Part shown: in pieces, positions 58,301 through 64,000 of the stretch
How positions within the stretch are numbered: position 1 is the stretch's first letter
How the letters are laid out: each line of letters starts with the position of its first letter
Assembly (NCBI GenBank): GCA_903913865.1
Contig: CAIWMU010000214.1
Location: 69,386 to 133,385, forward strand
Origin: an uncultured Verrucomicrobia subdivision 3 bacterium
GTDB taxonomy: Bacteria; Verrucomicrobiota; Verrucomicrobiia; Limisphaerales; UBA8199
Direction of reading: 5' to 3'
DNA length: 64,000 nt
Position numbers and translations under genes: made by a program
Notes under the pieces: generated by a model
The model's input: the letters and a program-made list of their open reading frames with translations, nothing else
Databases searched by the model: none
What the model was told of the DNA's origin: nothing

Positions 58301-58788
58301 GCAAACCCCTGCGCATGCGCGAACTCAGGGCAGTCTTGAACCGGGGCCGGACAACCCTCCCCCAGCCGGATGTCTCCAAAAGCAGAACCGATCCCGCCAC
58401 CAACAGCATCGACCTGAAGATCTCCGAGCTGGAGCAGGAATTCGGACGGGAGGAGGCCGTCAGCCTTCTGGAATCCTTCCTCACTGATACCCCTGGGCGG
58501 TTGGCAGAACTGCGCCAGCTCGCCACCGGGCGGAAGACCTCGGACGGGGCTCCTGCATACCGGGCACTGGCCATCGCAGCCCATTCGGTGGCTGGAAGCT
58601 CCGGCCTCTTTGGCTTGAATGAACTGCGCAGCCTGGGTCTGAAGTTGGAGGAGCTGGCGAATCAATCCCGGGAACTCCCGGATCTTGTCACCAAAATGGA
58701 GGAAACCTATGCCGCCGCTCTTCCAACGTTGAAGGAACGTCATCAAGTCAAACCCATGCCAGGTGGTGAAGGCATGTGCAACTCATGA
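55306..58788 (+). CDS. Hybrid sensor histidine kinase: HNOBA-like N-domain, coiled coil, PAS x3, HisKA, HATPase, REC and Hpt
   Basis: N-terminus [23 protein letters not shown]...[33 protein letters not shown] resembles the sGC HNOBA region. H-box [14 protein letters not shown]. G-box [38 protein letters not shown]. Hpt [12 protein letters not shown]. ATGA overlap with hnoX. Confidence 0.9.
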   Translation: [1160 protein letters not shown]

Positions 58789-61700
58789 TTCAACTCCTTG
58801 CCAAAAGCACCCCGATGCTCGTTTATGTGGCCGGTTTCGCCACCGCCCTGGTCGGAATGTGGGGCATCTATCGGCAAACCGGCCGTCTGAAGGAGGATTC
58901 CTCCCGAACCCAGGCCCAGGCCATCATTGCCCTCACCCTTTTCACCCTCCTTCTCGGTGGCACAGCATCCTTCCTCCGGGGGCAGGCACGTGATTCCGAG
59001 TTGCGGGAGGAACTGCTGAACCAGGCAAAGTGCCTCGCCAGAACCATCCCGATTGACGACGTAGAGAGGCTGTCGTTCAGTCAGCAGGATCTGACCAACG
59101 CCCCCTACCATCGCCTTCAACAACACTTTAGTAACTACTCGCAGTCGCTCGTGAACAGAACCATCTACACGCAGGTGCTGCGCGGAGGAAAAATCCTGTT
59201 CGGCCCCGAAAGCTCCACCGGCACCCCCCCCGGCACCATCTACAAGAGCCCATCAGCCCGGAATTTCGATGTGTTCCAGTTTGGGGAGGCCCTCACCACC
59301 GGCCCCGTTCAGGATGAGTATGGGATGTTTGTCAGCGCGTATGCCCCGGTTAAGGACCCAAGGACGGGACAAGTTTTGATGGTTGTTGGCATGGACGTGC
59401 AACAGGATGTCTGGGCCTGGACCATCGCCCGCACCCGACTGGCATGGATCATCATCACCCTGTTGGTCATCCTGACCATCATTGCCGGAGGCGAGTTGAT
59501 GCGATGGTATGGGACAGGGCAGGAGACACCCCGGGAGGCTCCGCCATGGCTGAACACATCCGTCACCGCCGGAATCGGGTTGGCCATGACACTGGCCATG
59601 GCTCTTTTGGCCCACGAAATCGAGGGCCATAAGTTCAGGGAGGCCTTCTCGGATATGGCACAGGCTCAAGGCAGGCTTTTTGTTGAATCGCTCAAGGATA
59701 TCAGGGACTACCGTCTGGAGGGATTGTCACACTTTCTTAAGGCCAGCTCTGAATTCAACCGCCAGCAATTTCACGATTATGTTTCAGCTCTGTCTCTGGG
59801 GGAATTCGTGCAGGCCTGGGAGTGGGTCCCTGCCATTCCCGCTGCCGACCGGCCCCAATTCGAAACAGCTGTCCGCCGCGAGGGATTTACAAACTTTACA
59901 ATCTACCAAAAGGACACCCTCGGACGCCGGTTTCCTGCCTCCAGCCGGAGCGTCCACTACCCGGTTCTCTATGTCGAACCGTTCCAGATCAATCAACAGG
60001 CCCTCGGCTACGATCTGGGATCGGAAAAGACCCGCAATCTGGCCCTGCAGGAGTCCATCAAGACCGGTCTGACATGCGCCACCGACCCCATCCTTCTGGT
60101 TCAGGATACCACCATCATGAAGGGAACCCTTGTCTGCAGCCCCATCTTCACAAAAGGCAACCCGCCTCAACTCCGCGGTTTTGCCGTCGGAACCCTCTGC
60201 CTGGGAGCCATCCTTGATGCCACAATGAACGATGCCACCCGCCAGGGGACCGTGGCTCGCGTGGACCTGTTCCAAGTCCTCCCGGACGGAAATCGGATAC
60301 CCGTCGCATCCTGCCCGTCCGAGAAGAACTCCCTGCCATCCTCAAAGGTTCAGGGGGGGCGGACTGGCGGCGGGAGGGATGACGTGGTGATGCCGTTGTT
60401 CGCATTCGACAAAACCTATGCCCTGGCAATCAGGCCCGCACGGGGCTTTCTCTCCGCCCATCCGCGTTGGGATGGGTTGCTCGCGCTGCTTTTGGGGACT
60501 GTCGCCACCCTCTCTGCCTCAGCCCTGATCCGCTTCCTCAGCCAGCGTCGCATCATGCTGGTGGAGGAGGTCCGCTCAAAGACCGCCGAACTGCGTGCCA
60601 GTGAGAACAAGCTCTCCGCCACCCTCCGTTCCATTGGGGATGGGGTGGTCGTCTGCGATTCGGAGGGTGCCGTCACCAGTCTGAATGCCATGGCCGAGAA
60701 CTGGACCGGCTGGACCACCGCCGAGGCCCGGGGCAAGGCCATCACCTCCGTTTTCCGGATCGTCCACGCCGAACACCGCAATGAGGTGGAAATTCCGGTG
60801 GGTAGGGCAATTCGAGAAAACCGCATCATCGATCTGACCAACCACACCGTGCTGATCGCTCGCGACGGCACCGAGCGGCAGATCGCCGACAGTTGTGCCC
60901 CCGTTCATGATGCCACGGGGGCAGTCATCGGGGCAGTGCTCGTTTTTCGGGATGTGACTGAGGAATACCGCCGCCAGGACCAATTGCGCGAGAGTGAGGA
61001 ACTGCTCCAATCGGTCCTGGATAACTCACCCTCGATTATCTGGGTCAAGGATCTCCAATGCCGTTACCGGATCGTCAACAAGCCTTTCGAGCAGCGCTAT
61101 CGGCTGGAACGGTCGAAGGTCCCGGGACTTGCCGAATCCGAGTTGTTCCCACCCGATGTTGCGGCAACCTTCCGGCATTCAGACGAACTGGTCATCACCA
61201 GCGGGTCCGCGATCGAAATCGAAACAACCGATCTTCAGGCCGATGGGGTGCACACCTTCCTCACCATCAAGTTCCCCCTCCGGGATGCCCACCAGCGCAT
61301 CTGCGGCATCTGCGGCATCTCCACAGACATCACCGAACGGAAGCGGAGCGAGAAAACCCTGCGGGAGAGCGAAACCAACTTCCGCACCTTTTTCGAGGCT
61401 GTCAACGATCTCCTCATGGTTTTCACACCGGAAGGGCGCATCATTCATACCAACCCGGCCGTGACAGAGGTGCTGGGTTGGAGTGCCAGGGAACTGCTCA
61501 CCATGCGAATCATGGATCTGTTTGATAAACGGGACCATGAATCCGTCATAGAAGCGTTCACAGGGCTGAAGGAGAATGGGGAGCACCTCTGCTCCATCCC
61601 CATGGCCGACAAGGCTGGCAGGCTGGTGCCGGTCCAGAGTCGGCCAAAGCTGGGCAAATGGAACGGGCAGGATTGCTTTTTCTGCACGACGAAGAACCTG

Positions 61701-64000
61701 ACGGCCGAGCGGGAGGCAACCCAGAGCTTCGAGAGTCTTTTCCGCAGCAACCCCAGCCCGATGGCTGTCTCCATGCTGGACACCCGCCAGCTCGTCGATG
61801 TCAATGATGTGTTCGTAAGAACCCTGGGCTATTCCAAGGCGGAGGCTCTCGGCAAAACATCGGTGGACCTGGGCATTTTTGCCAATCCCGAGCAGTTGGA
61901 GGCAGTTGGGAGGATGCTGAGGACTTCAGGACGGGTCGTTGACTTTGAAGTGAAGGCCCGCTGCAAGAATGGCACCCTTCTTGATGGCCTCTACTCTGCC
62001 GAACTGATCACCAACGGGGGACGCCAATACATCCTTGCGGTCATGTTTGACATCAGCGCCCGCAAGCAGGCTGAAGACGCGCTGCGGGAGAGCGAGCAGC
62101 GGTTCCGCAGCATGGCGGACAGTTCCCCGGTGCTCATTTGGATGGCGGGTCTGGACAAGGGGTGCCACTTTTTCAACAAGACCTGGCTGGAGTTCACAGG
62201 CCGGACTCTCGAACAGGAGTTTGGCAACGGCTGGGCCGAAGGCGTTCACCCGGAGGATCTTCAGAGGTGTTTCGACACTTATACCTCCTCGTTCGACGCC
62301 CGCAAGCAGTTCTCCATGGAATACCGGCTCAGGCGGTTCGATGGTGAATACCGGTGGCTTCTGGATACCGGCGTGCCACGCCACGGTGAGAACGGAGTGT
62401 TCGAAGGTTATATCGGCTCCTGTATCGATATCACCACCATGAAGCTGGCCTCCCAGCAACTGACACAGACCAACTTGCAACTCGTCGAGGCCACTGCACA
62501 GGCCGAATCCGCCAACCGCGCCAAGAGCGAATTTCTGGCCATGATGAGCCACGAAATCCGCACCCCGATGAACGGCATCATCGGCATGACCAATCTCCTG
62601 CTGGAGACCCCCCTGGACAGGCGCCAGCGCGAATTCGCCACCACAGTGGGGCAAAGCGGCGAGGCCCTGCTCGAAATCATCAACGGCATCCTCGACTTCT
62701 CCAAGATCGAGGCCGGCCAGCTGCGGATCGAATCCGCAGCCTGCGACCTTGCACTGGTCGTCGAGGGGGTCGTGGAACTGCTCGAGCTGCGCGCCCGGGA
62801 CAAGGGCCTTAAACTCTCAATGGAGATTGCATCGGGCGTTCCCCCCGGCATTCGCACCGACCACGGGCGCCTGCGCCAGGTCCTGTTCAATCTCATTGGC
62901 AATGCCGTCAAATTCACCGAGCGCGGCAGCGTGGTCGTGAGGGTGCTCCCCCAGCAACCCCCTGCCCCGGCAGACCGCACCCGGCTGCGCTTTGAGGTCC
63001 AGGACTCCGGTCTCGGCATCTCGGAGGCTGACCAGAAAAAACTGTTTCAGCCTTTCACCCAGGTGAACTACTCAACCACACGCAGCCAGGGCGGCACCGG
63101 TCTGGGTCTGGCCATCACCCGGCGCATCGTCGAGCTGCTCGGCGGCCGGATCGGCCTCCGGAGCGCTCCCGGCATCGGCTCCGTCTTCTGGTTCGAGCTT
63201 GAGGCGGAGACCGTCAGCGAGGATGAATTGGCTCAGATTGGGGAAGACGATAGCCAGGCTGAACCGGATTCCCAGCAGGCAGACTCTCCCATTCCCGGAA
63301 AACCGGTCCGGATTCTGGTGGCTGAGGACCACCCAACCAACCGCCGGGTCGCCCTCCTTGTCCTGGAAAAACTGGGTTACAAGGCCGATGTGGCCAACAA
63401 CGGCGTTGAAGCCGTGCAAGCCTGGAAAGATCAGGGTCACGACCTCATCCTCATGGACTGCCAGATGCCTGAGATGGATGGATTTCAAGCCACCATCGAA
63501 ATCCGCCGCATTGAGGCATCCCGCCCTGCCGGATCTGTCCCCCCCGTCAGAATCATCGCCCTCACCGCCAACGCCCTCGCTGGCGACCGGGACCGCTGCC
63601 TTGCCGCCGGAATGGATGGGCACCTGACAAAACCGCTGCGGGTAAAGGATCTGCAACGGATTCTCATGGTTAACAGCCAGAGCAGTGGCGATTCGGACTC
63701 CACAGGGATGCCCGCCTTGATGGACGATACCGCGATCAGGGAAAAAATAGCGGAATTGGAGGATTCTTTCGGCGCGGAGGAGGCTGCAAACCTGCTCGAA
63801 TCCTTCCTCACAGACACTCCGGGACGCCTCGCGGAACTGCACCTGCTCGCCTCGGACCAGGGACTGCCAGCCGGAACCAACCCCAGGCAGACCCTTGGCG
63901 TCTCTGCCCACGCATTGGCAGGCTCCTGCGGCCTCTTTGGCCTGACCACCCTGCGGAAACTGGGACTGGATCTCGAGGATCTGACGGAAGGCACCGGGAA
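58785..64000 (+). CDS. Hybrid sensor histidine kinase with membrane-anchored CHASE-like sensor, PAS x4, HisKA, HATPase, REC and Hpt (3' end beyond the window)
   Basis: Absent from the ORF track because no stop occurs before the window end. I translated the frame of ATG 58785 by eye and met no stop. CHASE-like block ([13 protein letters not shown]...[25 protein letters not shown]). H-box [31 protein letters not shown]. Hpt [12 protein letters not shown]. Confidence 0.85.
   Translation, partial: [1738 protein letters not shown]

Overview
64-kb window from a high-GC diderm bacterium. The protein sequences look PVC/Verrucomicrobiota-like to me, but I cannot verify that.

(1) Bases 1-29.6 kb: cheA (3' part) and cheW, then a long hairpin, then an almost gap-free, single-strand flagellar supercluster of about 38 genes. 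Order: flgBC-fliEFGHIJ-ylxF-like-fliK-flgDE-fliLMNOPQR-flhBAF-small ORF-fliA-motAB-small ORF-flgFGAHI-flgJ(rod-binding only)-flgN-flgKL. Three operon heads carry sigma54-type -24/-12 elements. flhG, flagellin, fliD, fliS and flgM are not in the window.

(2) Bases 29.6-54.7 kb: an accessory region.
- An atypical Ser/Thr kinase.
- Secreted glycoside-hydrolase-like, beta-helix and phosphoesterase proteins.
- crcB.
- An RND/MFP/TolC efflux operon headed by a Cys-rich DUF2892 protein.
- tRNA-Arg(CCT).
- A NYN/PIN-like gene.

Two structural oddities stand out in this region.
- A low-GC two-gene cassette sits between 104-bp direct repeats that duplicate the 3' end of the upstream hydrolase gene. It encodes a stand-alone Cas4-like 4-Cys PD-(D/E)XK nuclease and a 206-aa protein with a caspase/CHAT-like His...Cys pattern. 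No integrase is present. This is my best candidate for an undescribed (defence-like) system.
- A tandem duplication of an N-terminal SEC-C-motif gene has a 97 % identical 5' block that includes a pseudogenised copy of the upstream gene's 3' end.

(3) Bases 54.7-64 kb: a stand-alone H-NOX gene is translationally coupled to an HNOBA-PAS hybrid histidine kinase. A second, paralogous CHASE-PAS hybrid kinase follows and runs off the window.

No CRISPR array, rRNA, transposase or integrase was seen. All domain calls come from motif recognition by eye; no searches were run.
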